Of a DNA stretch of 64,000 bases, positions 40,237-53,249 are shown piece by piece. The DNA comes from the human T2T-CHM13v2.0 reference genome, Homo sapiens. A program made the position numbers and the translations under genes. Below the pieces are notes generated by a model that saw nothing but the letters and a program-made list of their open reading frames with translations, did no database searches and was not told the origin of the DNA. The first letter of the stretch is position 1; each line of letters opens with the position of its first letter. The DNA lies in assembly GCF_009914755.1 (NCBI RefSeq), contig NC_060926.1; one strand, given 5' to 3'.

Positions 40237-42935
40237 GCATTAATAGGCTGTGTGTGTTTGTGTGTGTTTACATGTGTCAGTGTACGTGTATGTGTACATA
40301 GATTTTTCTCACTTTCAGCAAAACTCTTACCTTTGAGCTAGCAACCTGGCCTCTTCCCTTGGGTTTTTCTTACTTCTGCTTGAATATTAATAAATCCTAA
40401 ATAAAACTCTAGATTCTACATCCCTTGCCAATCTTAATGACATCAGCAACCATCCTTTTTTACAAGACACCTGGATATTATACTGATTTTCTGTACACTT
40501 CCCCCTAATTTTTTTTTTTCATATTTGAAATGTTTTGCTAAGGTCTTCTTTTGGGTATAATATGTGATTCTTAGTTTTTGATCAATATAAATACAAACAC
40601 CCAAAAACTTACCAACCTGTTGGAAATCACAGTTCTTTCATAGAGTATACACAGCATGAAAACATTTTATTGTAAGCTAACTCTGAAAAATTACAAATGT
40701 TGATTTGTTCTCAATATGAAACTAAAATTTCTGAAGGCGAGTAAGCATTAACCCACTGCAGTCATTCACACTTGAACCAGAAGCCTGTGATTTCCAAGGT
40801 ATCTAAAGTTACCTCTCAATGCCCAAGGCATAAATGCAATAACCATCACTAACTGTTATTGGGTTCCTAGGTCCACACAGTCATAACTCACTGTAAAGTT
40901 TTAGTTCTTTTAAAATATTGATGACGTTTATACTAGGAAAATGTGACATTTCATTCTCTTTGTTATAATGGTTATCAACTGATGATTATTATATTTCAGT
41001 CATAAAGGAACAATCTAAAGCATAGGGAATGTAGATTTTTCGTTGTCGTTGTTGTTCAAAAAGCTATTAGAAGAAAACAAATACGGATTAGGGCATAAAC
41101 TTCTTTTCCTTCCAAATGTGGTGAAAACAGTGGGATGTCCTTTTTTGATAAATATGTCTAAGAAAGAACTGAAAGGCTTGCTGAGCCAGAAACATAAATG
41201 GCTTTGATAGCACTGGAGTTGAAAACCTTTATTTACATTCAGTCAGTGTGAATGTGAGCTTCCATATGGTCAAACCCATGGCTAAGGAGTCTATGGGGAA
41301 GGTTAATATGTTATCTGGCTCTGCTCACACAAATTATATTCTGATGAAAAACATTTGCCCTCTCATAGTTTTCTTTCTTTTATGAGCCTTCCCATACTAT
41401 TCTCCCCCTTGGCCTACAAACAGATTGCCTCCTCCACCAGGACAGTTCAGCATTATATGACTCAGAGGGCAAGTTTCTTTCCTTGTACTGTTGAAAATTA
41501 ATACCTTGCTAAGGCATTTCCCCCAGATTCCATTAGCTGTTTGAAATTTAGATACAGATAAACAGAATGAAAGCACATGCTTGGCTTAAGTTGAAGGATT
41601 TTATTGCTTAGTTATGTTAGTGATGATGAATGGTAATGGCTGTAGTCATTTTTTCTTATGTAACATGAAAATATATTTTTTACAATGTTCTCCTTGCACA
41701 TTTATTTTCTGCAATTCAAATGCTCACTATATAACCTCTAGCTTAAGGCTATTGCATTTTAAGAAATGGATGAGATAGAGAGACATGGAATAAAAATGAA
41801 ACTGGTGAGATAGCACAGTGCACTTAATCATTCCTTTGTTCATTCTGTCATTTATTCAATCAACACATATTTACAGAGGTTCTACCTACAAGATGTAGCA
41901 CTTTCAACAGTACTACATTAAGATTCAGACGTGCCTGAGTATGCATAGCGAGCCGCTGAACATATTCTCAAGGAGATGGCTTGCATGAGAACTTCTTTGT
42001 TTTAGCAAAAGGTTAAATGGGAAATCTGGGGATGTTGCCACCTACAGATTGAGACTAGGATGGAGGTGATGCAGAACAATGCAGTGTCTTACCTTTCCCT
42101 GAAGCATGAATTGGGTCTGAGGTCTGAGGTTACAGAAATGAAGGGAAAGTGCAGAAGCTATTTTCATGTAGCATAATATATGACGCCAGGAGACAACCTT
42201 AAAGTCCCTGAAATTCTCACATCTCCAGAGAATAAAACATGATACAGAGTGGAGGAAAAGGACTTTGTTATTTTCCACCATCAGAAAAGTACCAGAGAAA
42301 CCAGGATGCTAAGTGGTCAATGAGGATACCTTGCCCACATTTAGTGCTGAGCAGTTGCTTAACTGAGTAATATAAAGATTCTAGCATTATCAGACATGCA
42401 TAGGATCACATATCAGGCATTTCTTGGGGACTCCCAGAAGTGCTTCAAGGGTAATTTCAGGTCATTGGAATTCTGCATGAGTAAGTGTACACAAGAACAA
42501 GTAGGGTGTCTATTACTACTGATAATTTCACCTCACTTCTGCCTGCAGATTGTTGAAGCCTAGGAAAAGCAGATCTCACTTTCAAGGGGTAATTTAGGTT
42601 TTACATACTAAACAGAGAAAAAAGGGACCTTCATTGCATGTGACCAAGGTGCTCATATGTTAGACAAATAGAAAAGTGAGTACAATGTACTTTGAGATGT
42701 GTTGTGATATGTCAGAGAGCAGAGATACGTGACAGCACAGACAATGCATATCTAATTCAGACTGCAAAACTGAATTTCTGTATATATATATGCTCTTCCT
42801 CTATATATATATATAGAGAGAGGAAGCATAAAAAGGCACAACAACAAGGGAACTAGCACGACATTTTATGGTATATTCATGAATCTGCAAGAGCTTGGTT
42901 GTGTTTGAATCACAGCTTTCAATTAGAGTATAAGC

Positions 42936-42966
<31 letters not shown>

Positions 42967-42983
42967 GCATACATACATACATA
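42936..42983. repeat. (GATA)7-8/(CATA)4 tetranucleotide STR
   Basis: Seen directly. Confidence 0.95.
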
Positions 42984-43099
42984 TGAAATACTTGAAGATG
43001 TGAGTATTTGAAGATGTTTCAGCTCACACCAACATGGCTATATATTAAAATAGTGGAGTAATGAAGCAGTTTAGATTCCTATCTGGTTTCCTGCCCATT

Positions 43100-43630
43100 A
43101 TTCCACTTACTATAATAACTTCTTTTCTTCTCACCCCTTCTTCTGGAAATAAACTCTCTGATCCAAATTACCCCACACTGCATCCAAATGGTTAACTTCA
43201 GAGCCCCTGGCCACAGATGATTTGTCGCTGGCAGGGCTGAGGGGTAGCTCTAGACCCAAGTTCAGCCAATCCTACCCTTCTTTGGATTTTATATAATGAA
43301 TAGTGAGATCAGACTATCTCTACATAACTAAAATTATAATACATAAACTAAAATATTACAAGTATCCATGTTCTTCTGTGCAGATGGAGGATTATATAAA
43401 GCCAGTATTCAGCAAGACAGAAAAATGTAATAGAGGCCCAAAGAAAAGCGAAAATGAGAAATGGAGAAAGTAGTCTGATGACAGTTGAGTCCCTGGGGGA
43501 AGCTTCTGCTGAGTTCCAGATACCACTATCTCTAGTTTCTGTGAACATCCCTGTAGCATTGTAACAAGTTACACTTTTGTTCAAGCTAATAAAAGTGTAG
43601 TGTCTTGTATGTATAAAAGAAAAACAATGG
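43100..43630 (+). mobile_element. Old ERVL/MaLR-class LTR (subfamily uncertain)
   Basis: cccctggccacag...gacccaagttcagccaatc...ttttgttcaagcta layout typical of old MLT1/LTR16/LTR33-type LTRs. Confidence 0.5.
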
Positions 43631-44389
43631 TCCTGAGCAATGTATCTGTTTTAAAATTTTCAAATACATAAATTTTTAAAAGAAAATTAAAGGTGGCAGA
43701 GAAAACAGATGGAATAGTCCTACTACCTTATGTGTCACTTGCAGAAAAATTCAAGAAAAGAGAAGACAGATCACTATGGAAAGAAGCCACTCTCACAGAA
43801 GACAAGTTCTTGGCATCAGCATGATTAAGACAGATACACTCTAGCCTGGTATGTTGGCAAGCAAGTGAAAAGCAGGAGGAACTTTTTAAGTCAGCAGTGG
43901 GGTGGGGTGGGGTGGAATTTTAAATTCGAGAGTAATGGCTCCTGAAGTGAGCCCAGCCAGCATTTGGTAACCATGAGAAAAGATTTCTAGTGTTTGAAAC
44001 TTAGATGTCAAGAAATGCCGGATGTACTGATTGGATAGAAAGTATAATTAAGGGATTAGAAGGAGTGAAGGTGCTTTGATTTACATTTCTCTGTTACATT
44101 ATATTTTAAATAGATCTTTAAAAAGTTAATGAAAATTGGAGGATTACATCTCCTATGATTACCTACTGATATTTAAGTGATCTTATCTACCTGGTTAACA
44201 CAATGTCTTATTCTTTAACACTGGCCTTTAATTTCCTTGGGGCAAAGTTGTAATGACTTGATTAATGTAGTTATCAGATGCTGCTTAACTCAGTTACAAG
44301 TGCTTGCCATCACAGTACATGCTACAAAAATATTTACATTTCATGAAGAATATAATCATTTATCTTGTTGTTACACTAAAAAGTGATAG

Positions 44390-44530
44390 TGTTCATTCAT
44401 TCGTTATTCAATATTCATTGACTTTGTTTTAGCCAACACTGGTTATATGTGGGAAATACGGACATGTGACTATAAAATTCATAGTCTCTGCTCTAAAATA
44501 GATATCCAGAAGATAATAAAACATAGAAAG
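44390..44530 (-). mobile_element. L2 3' tail remnant
   Basis: ttcattcattcgttattcaatattcattga...catagtctctgctct. Confidence 0.6.
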
Positions 44531-44737
44531 GAAATTATTTCTTAACTATCTCTCACTCAGAAATCCACAGTTGGGAAGAGCAACTAGGTACATCAGACAT
44601 CTCCATTTACCTCAAGGCATCTATTCCAACTGCATACATCTGCCATGGCAGAGACAGCTGGGCTTTGCAAATCAAAATCTATTTCAGTTGTAGAAATTTA
44701 ACATCAGTCCAACTCTATTTGGAAATATAATGTAAGC

Positions 44738-45030
44738 TTTCTGTTTTGTTTTGGATAGGATCTTGCTCTGTCGCCTAGACTGAAGTGCAGTGGTGCCATC
44801 ATAGCTCACTGCAGCCTCAAACTCCTGGGCTCAAGGCACCTCCTGCCTCAATCTCCTGAAGCCTGGAACTACAGGGGCATGCCACCATGCCTAGCTAGTT
44901 TCTAAATTTTTTGCAGAGAAGGAGTCTCGTTATTTTGCCAGGGCTCTTCTCAGACTCCTGGACCCAAGTAATCTTCCCGCCTCAGCCTCCCAAAGGCTTG
45001 AGTTACAGGCAGGAGCCACAGCACCAGGCC
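44738..45030 (-). mobile_element. AluJ element
   Basis: J-type diagnostics atcatagctcactgcagcctcaaactcctgggctcaag; heavily diverged. Confidence 0.93.
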
Positions 45031-46539
45031 AGCATCTTTTTTTTTAAATCTATTAAGAAATAGTCTAGGCTTCTATGTAGAGCAATGGAACATACAATAT
45101 GAGTTTTGTTTTAAACATTAGATAAAGAGTATATATAAATCTTGTGTGGTTTGAGGAGTCTCAGTTTCTGGAATTGATCAATTTGGGTCACTGAAAATTA
45201 AACTGCCTCGGAGAAGGTTTACTTGCCCTTTGATGCAAGGGGGCTTATAACAACTTAAAAGCATATTTGCTAACAAAAGGATTGTGCTCAGTGAATTTCT
45301 ATTTTCTCATATTAAGTTCTTAACCCTAGGCCATACTCTACTATGTGTCCATGGATATTGTTATGATCTACCATTTGTCATATTTCCTCTGCTTCTCTAG
45401 TCATTTCACCTGAAGAGAAAATCAGCTTCAACTTCCATTTTCTCACTCAGTCTTCTTGCATTTGAATACAGAAAAAGTAAGAAACCCTCAGCAGAAAAAT
45501 CACCAAAATAACATAAATTTCTAGAAAGTTTCCGTGTCATATCAAAACAACTATATATTTCACTCTGACAATGCCGGTGATGCAAAAGGGACAAAAATAT
45601 TTAACCCTGTAAAAATTTTACTTTTGGGCAATCAGGCTCTTTCTTTGCTCATGAAGTAAATGGAAAGGAAAAAAAGTATTTGAAGTGTATTGCCCTCATT
45701 TTAATAATGATAATAAAAATAAATTTTCATAATTCTTTGCAATTTTTTTGAGCATCATGCCTCCCTATCAGTGAGACAGGGCGGACACTGGGTGAAGGAG
45801 CTTGTATCTAGAAGAGTCACCAGACTGGGTGGTAGAATATGACTTAGTCATGATGCTGCAGTGTGTGAGGAACCAAGAGTGAATTCAGGGAAATGGAGAG
45901 ACAGGTATCCATTCCGGAGCTGTACAAGCAAAGTCTGAAAGCCGAAGAGATGAAAGAGAGGCAGGTATAAACCAAATACCAGGATAATTAATAAAAGCCG
46001 ATGTTAAAATAGATTTGCAAAAAATAGAACACACTTGCCAATTAAAAATAGGACACACTTGTCAAATACAGGAAACACTTGCAAATAAGTGAAGTGAGGG
46101 GCAGAGAGTCACAATTTATATTAAAAAAAATTCTTACAGACATGGCTCTTTTGCAATAGCATAAAAGCATTTTTTAAACTTCTTTTTTGTTTTAAGTTAC
46201 AGATAAGTAAATTGAAGATCTGATAGTTATATGATTAATTCAAGCTCACATATCAAATTAAATAAAGACACATATTAAATACTCTCACTATAAATATTGT
46301 GTCCTTTACATTCAAACAGATTTTAAATAATAGTTCACTTAATCCCAGCATAATGGTAAAATGGTAAAGACCACTCATTTTTGCCAGTGTAGAGAAAGTT
46401 ACTGCATAGTTCAGTAACGTTATAATAAACCTAAATATTCAAGGTAATGGTATGGTTAGAATGAGGCAGAAAGGTCAAAATTGGCCTTAAATTTCTAATC
46501 CATTTTATAGACCCTAAGTCACACATTATTAAACAGTAG

Positions 46540-46894
46540 GGATATGGTTTGGCAGTATCCCCACCCAAATCTCTCCTTGAATTGTAATAATCCCCAGGTG
46601 TCAAGGGTGGGGCCAGCCACAGCTAATTGAATCATCTGGGCGGTTTCCCCCATACTGTTCTCATGGTAGTGAATAAGTCTCAGGAGATTTGATGGTTTTA
46701 TAAATGGGAGTTCCCTGCACGAGCTCTCTTGCCTGTCACCATGTAAGACATGCCTTTGCTGCTCCTTCACTTTCCATCATGATTGTGAGGCCTCCCCAGC
46801 CATGTGAAACTGTGAGTCCATTAAACCTCTTCCCTGTTTAAATTACAGAGTCTCAGGTGTGTCTTTATTAGTAGCATGAGAATAGACTTATACA
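46540..46894 (+). mobile_element. THE1 (THE1B-like) MaLR solo LTR
   Basis: gatatggtttggcagtatccccacccaaatctc...catgattgtgaggcctccccagccatgtgaaactgtgagtccattaaacctctt...agcatgagaatagacttataca. Confidence 0.95.
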
Positions 46895-47659
46895 GTAATT
46901 ATAGTATTTTTTAATTTGACTCCTTTTTTCAAAATCATACATGAGATAGAGCAATCATACACAGAAAGAAATGATGTGGATCGTTTCCAATCATCTTCAC
47001 AAATTCAACTTTGTAAATCTTTTCAGTGAGATTAAAAAATAAGGCCATCAAATATTTTAAAATTCATTTGCCTTCACAATGACAAAGTTTAGAGACAAAC
47101 AGCTAATCAAATCGGTGATACTGGGCCACAAGAAAGTTGTGTTTCTAGATGACATGCACCTATTTTTCATATACTTTTTTAAAATTGGATTATCAAAAAT
47201 TTAACAAACATTCATTACAAACAGGCAGAGCAATTTCCAGTGTGACTACCTGAATACCTTCTGTTTGTAATCATCATCTGAATGAAGATTCACCACATGG
47301 TTACCTAAACAATGATGAATTATTTATACCTTTAATGAAACTTGTATGTTAAAATGTTAGTAATTGCATTTTAAAAAAATAGACACACAAAACAGAAGAA
47401 AATCATCTGACTGAGAATTAAGATACTGTGATACACATAAGACAGCTTTTCACAGCTTTATGATGTATTGTTGATTTAATAGCAATTGCTTTTTTATATA
47501 AAATATATTTTATATTAGTACACATTAATTGAAATTTGTCCTCAAATTTAGAAATGTTTCAATATTTTTTAAATGTGTAGTTTTTTTGGTAGAATTGTAG
47601 CACCTGGTCATTACTAGATGTTTATGTCAAAGAGAATGAACAACAAAAACAGCAGATAC

Positions 47660-48064
47660 TGTTGCATGTTTTAGTTGTTCTACATCCAAAATTCCCTGTT
47701 TCTTAGCTTACCGATATGTATGCATGGCCATGTAACATTTGGCCTATGGGACTTAAGGAAAAGCCTGTTGGATGACACATACTCAGCTAGCAGGCTCTCC
47801 GCAGCATCCTGTTCCTCCTACCCTAAACTGTGATATGGTGCTGGAGGTGGAGAAGGCTTCTAGCAACTTGAGGTCAAGGACTGACACATTAAGATTGGAA
47901 GATCAGAAAAACAACAGAAGCCTGAAACACTGGAGATATGATGGAGCCAGTGAATTACCACTAAACTGCTATTTTCAAGATTCTTTATCTAGGAGAATAA
48001 ACTCCTACTTGTTTAAGCTCATGTTAAGTGTATTTACTGCAGTTCAAAGCATTCCTAACTATAT
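47660..48064 (+). mobile_element. Old ERVL LTR (LTR16/LTR33-like)
   Basis: ggccatgtaacatttggcctatgg...aataaactcctacttgtttaagc...tgcagttcaaagcattcctaact. Confidence 0.65.
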
Positions 48065-49729
48065 TGCTGCTCACACTCAAGTTAACATGATGAAAAAATT
48101 GATGTAGACATAACATACATTTGCACAAGTAGATAGTAGAGGGGAATTTGAAAAAGCAAGCATTATTAACTCGTTTCAGAGCAAAATAATTATTTTTTCT
48201 GAAATTTGGGGAAAATCAGAGGATAGAAGTTTCACTACGACAGCATTCTAGACATTCAAAATAAAGTTTTTTTAAAGTATTAATTTTCTTTGTATGAGTG
48301 GGTCTTTCAAAATCCCATACATTCAAGCAGTTTCTCTTATACAATTCCCCCAAAAGGAATTCTTTATCTTCTATCAAAATTTTGGTACACTTTAGAAGAG
48401 CTTTTAAAATTTTATTTGAGATTATTTTGTAAAAAAACATGCATTCCTAATTTAGAAAATTTGGTGAAAGAGTTTGTATTAGAAAGATGTAAAAGTTGTT
48501 TATATTTAAAAAGTTCCCCACCTGTGAATTAAATGGTGGGGGATAATGTTTCCTTAAAAGTAAATTGAGAGATTGCTGCTTCTGTAAAAAGAACGATTCA
48601 CAGAGTTTGCTTTCAGCTTAGAGCCCCAGTGGGATAGCATTTCTTTCCGTTCGTCTGCTAACACCACAGAAAAGGAACAGAGGAATAAGAAGCAATAGGA
48701 TGTCCCTTCCAGAGACCTTGAGTGACAGTATGGCAAACAAGGGTCATCACTTTAATTAGCTTTAATAACCCAGAGCCGGGTGAAAGATCTCCTCCTGAGA
48801 CTAAAGTTGCTAGCTGCTGAAAGGATGTTAGTGAAAATTCTGTTATGTCAAATGTCTTGCCGCATGATTTGAAGTTTTTGTTAAGGAATCCAGGAAGTTA
48901 GAGGCTTCTGACTAATGTGAGAGGCAATCAAAAAGGAGATAAAATCTAATGCTTTAAAAACACATTTATTTAAGCAAAACACCGGCTTTTTTGAATGGCA
49001 TTGTGTTTGTATATTATAGTGGCTCTGTTAATGTACTACGCACGCATCATTTTTAATCATAAAAGAATATTGAAAGACAATGTGAGTCGTTAATGACTGA
49101 GCAGGAAGAATGAATTTGCCCCACTCTACTCCACTAACATTCTTACTTAGAGATTTCAAAGACCTGAAAACAAGTAATCCACCCTCTGAACCACTGAGAT
49201 CGCAATTCACAATCTCTCACTTGGCTGCTTCTAGCAAAGGGTAGAGTTCTCGACCTTCCATTCGCATTGTAACTTTTAATTTTATCATGTGCTTTGCCAT
49301 CTAGAGATATGAGTGATTAATCTAGTTAGATTTTAAATAATGTTAACTCTAGATTTTCATTGGACTTTTGCATTTTAGCAGTGCTACTTTTTTTTGAGAT
49401 GTTCCTTCTGAATATCTACTTGAATTTTCATTGTTTGACTTGAACTTCTGAAGAGTGTGCATTTAAAATTCTGTTCTTTTAGTTGTAAAGGAAAGCATTA
49501 TTATCCTTTCTTCTGCTATTGATTACTAAAAATGATTTGGCTGCAGGAAATTTAGCACTGTAGAAGATTTCATTTCATAGTCTTTAACCAAAAATATACT
49601 AGAGAGATTTCTTTTCAAGATATGATGTCTGCAAGAGCTAAATCAGAAGCCCTCCCTGCATAGGTCAGATTTTTCCATTTCTAAGTTACTTAGGTCTTTT
49701 CCTTTTTGGAGGTCTTCTCTTCTGCAAAG

Positions 49730-50128
49730 AAACCAATAGTTGTTTGTGCTTTTACATTACAGAAGACATGTAACTAATGTGGCTAATCTGAACATTTTGG
49801 GGGCATGGTAATTACAAAGATTTATCTTGCTACTGAAATCTCAGAAGTTGAACATAATGAAAGCCCAGAACTAACTGGCACAGCTATCCTGGCACATAGA
49901 ATAAGTTTGGTTGAAAAGAAAATCAACAGGGAGAAAACCTGAGCCGAGAGACAGAAAATGAGGTAGATCTCTAATGATATTGTTTGTACTCTTGGATTCA
50001 GCCATGCCTAAAGCAAGTTTACTCCTTGGACTTTGCAGCTATATAGGCCAATACATTTCTTCTTTTGCTTTAGCTAATTTGATTTTACTTTCTATTGTAT
50101 GCAACTAAAATAAACATGGCAAATACAT
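49730..50128 (+). mobile_element. Old MaLR LTR (MLT1J/K/L-like)
   Basis: gagccgagagacaga...ttggattcagccatgcctaaagc...ggccaatacatttcttcttttgctttagcta. Confidence 0.7.
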
Positions 50129-50656
50129 TACCTCATCTTCAATTTGCATGGTAACTGATAGAAAACATTTCAAATAACTAGGTAGCATAAACTATTCTGA
50201 CACCATATTTATCTGACAGTCAGTAGCCAAAAGTGGGAAGGTATTGGCTTCAATAAAGTATTCTTTTATTTATTTTTTAGAAAGCGTGAAAAAAATAAAA
50301 TCTGGAGTATTTTCGAAGAATGATATGGGTTAGGAATAACAATTCTTATTTATTTAATCCTCACATTTTTTGTAAATTCTGTGTAAGAATTGTCTTTTAC
50401 AGTATTATTAATTTTTATATTTTCTTTTTAAGAAGTATTGTTTCTTTTTATAACCAAAGGTTGTATAACATCTGATTGTAGCCAGAATGCTAGCACTTAT
50501 AACATGCAAGGAAAGTACCCAAACTTCACCTGGTGACAAAGTGCACACTTTTCAGGATTAAATAATTTATTCTTTTAAAAATAAAACTCTAAAGAATTAT
50601 CATAATTGACCTTATATGTCTATATATTCTCTTGGTAATATTAGGTGATGTCTAGA

Positions 50657-50810
50657 GCAGTGATTTCCAAATGGGAGCAAAAGGATCCAAGGGAATGCTC
50701 AGAAATATGCAATGGGGTACAGAAAGAAGACATGTGAGTTTCTATATATATTTTTGTATTAGTAATTTTAAGTTTCACCTGTGTGTGTATGTTGCTTACA
50801 ATAATCTAAG
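50657..50810. mobile_element. Probable hAT-Charlie DNA transposon end fragment
   Basis: ctagag|cagtgatttccaaa start resembles Charlie-family termini and target. Confidence 0.4.
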
Positions 50811-50814
50811 TAAT

Positions 50815-51172
50815 GATGTGGTAACAATTTCAAAATTTCAATGGCTTAATATTGTAAAATATATTCATCTCTTATGGTCAGAAAAATGAGAGATAAATGT
50901 ATTTTAGAGTTTTAAGCCACATTAGTTTGCCTAGGGCTTTGCTCCACACAGTTTCTCGAACAACCAGTACGACAGAGTCTCCATTATCCTGTAGATGCAC
51001 TAACATGAGCTCATGGTGTTCCTCCACTTTGGAGGCCTGAAAAAGAAACACCGGGAAAATTCTGCAGGACATTTCACTACTCCACTGACTAAAAGGGCCA
51101 GGAAATATAGTCACCCATATGCCCAAAAAAGAAAAGAGCTGAATATTGGTGAGTACTAATAATGATTGCTAT
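50815..51172 (-). mobile_element. Old MaLR LTR (MLT1-like)
   Basis: gtaacaatttcaaaatttcaatggcttaa ... tccactgactaaaag ... gaatattggtgagtac. Confidence 0.55.
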
Positions 51173-52839
51173 GGAATATATTTATTATATGAATAAATTT
51201 CAAATGCTAAATATGCAGGGTAAATGCTTTAAAAACTTTACTAGTATTATGTGTGATAAAAGAATATTTAGAGACTACAGAGTCACTCTTAGATACTTTC
51301 TTTATACTCTAGCTCTGGGTTCTTTTTTCTTCTATCAACTTTCATCTGCCTCTATAATTAGTTCTAATCATTACTATGGGTTTTCTTGTGTTTTCCAGTC
51401 TGCAGCCAACCTAATTTCTCCAAATGCTTCGTCTTCCTATTTTTTTGTCATTGATATTGATAATTTTAACAGGTAAAGGCTCAACTCGATAATTTCATAG
51501 CAAGTCTCCTTAAGCACAAGGAAAGAAAAGAGTAGAATGAATCCTTTACATGTCCGTGGTAGGCCAGCAATCTACCAAAACATGGTACATGTTCCACTAA
51601 AACCTAAATCGGGGCATTGAGGTGGCTGATGATGATAATATCCTTGACCCAGCTGCTAATTCAGAGAAATTTGTTCTCCATAAAGTTGCCATGGTGATGG
51701 AATGTTCCAGTCTACACAAGAGTTTTCTTTTTTCCCTTATGCTATGGACATCAACTTACACTATGCTGCAATTACTGAAATCGTGTATTTCAAAAGTCAC
51801 CCCTTCGAATTCCTCAAAAAGAAACAATAAAACCTTTTAAAAGCCCCAAATTTTCTACTAAATATTTTGTAGAGGCTATAAACTTAGTCATTACATTGCA
51901 TATATTATAGTGAAACACCTTAAAAATTCTTATTAAATATTTCTGTTCTCCAAGAACTCTCGTCAGTTCCATAACAGGTGGTCCTCCTCCACCCCCACCC
52001 ACCCCATTCTTTCTTCCCCACGCGTTACCTGGACTTGACATCTCCTATCACCTTTTTACCAGAATTGCCACCAGAAAACTATTAATTCTTTTCTGGGAGG
52101 CAGTGGTATGAGGGAACTGAAGCTAGAAAACTCAGATTGGTAAAATAAATCTTACTGTAGTGTTTAGCAAAACAAATAACCTCTGAGAAATAATCACTTA
52201 AAACAGTTCAGGTATTATCAATTATTATGAAAACAAAAATGTGTCTTTTCTTAACTTTTACTTCAAGCATCTTATCAAATAATTTTTCCCAACAATTTCA
52301 ATGCTTCTCAAATAGTTATTTTAGGCAATACAATTTCTACATATTATTACATGTATTGTTCAGTTTTCATTTTGATTTATCCATTATTTCTCAATTGTTT
52401 TTCAATTGTTGGTCTTGATCATAGATACCCCTGTCCCTGAATAAAGTGACTGAGTAGCAGGTAGATTGAAAATTTAATAATCTATTTAATATGGTATCTA
52501 CAATGGTCTGTTCAGCTTTCATACTTCCCAAATTGCTACTAGTTTTCCACAAAAACATGCATTAGTGGTCTGTAAGAGGACCCACAACAAAGATTTTCTT
52601 ATTCATGATCTAAGGGTTTGAAGCGAATTACTTCATTTGTGTTTCAATACAGAAAAATTAGTAAAAATTTTGAATCTGCAACTGTATAAAATAGCATAAA
52701 CAAAGATTGCATATGTTGGATATAGTACCAAAAAGGATACTTTTGTTAGTATGAAATCATAGTTACATGTTGAGAGAAAATACAGCAAATGAGTTGAAAA
52801 TGCATGTTCTGGAGCAATCTTTCCCTGTCTTTGCAATGA

Positions 52840-52985
52840 ATAGTTAGCCTGTCCAAGGTTGCTTAATCTCCCTAATCTCAGTATCCTGAGCTAGAAATGG
52901 CAGTAATGGATCTCAGTGTGTTATTGTTACATTTAAAAAATCTATACCAGTCATATTAAAGCTTATTATTACTATTGTTTTGATT
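52840..52985 (+). mobile_element. MIR remnant
   Basis: caaggttgcttaatctccctaatctcagtatcctgagctagaaatgg (MIR core). Confidence 0.6.
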
Positions 52986-53249
52986 GTAGTTGTCATTATC
53001 GTTATTTTATAAAAAGTATTTCTATAATGTTTCTAAACTTCTTTTTTTCCATCTTAAAGTATTTAAGATTTGGTTTACTTATCTCAAAAAGAAGTGACTA
53101 AAAGTTCAATGGGAGAAATGATAGAAGCTAATTGTGATAAAACAGATAAAGTACATGGCACAATGGTGAGTAACTGCTGGCTATTTACTTATATTGTTAA
53201 TCATATTATGTTTAAATATCTAATAGGTTTCATAAAATTATGCTTCATT

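Noticed and set aside
43899-43915. (GGGGT)3GG G-quadruplex candidate
   Set aside because: Only three full G-tracts; at best a weak two-tier structure.
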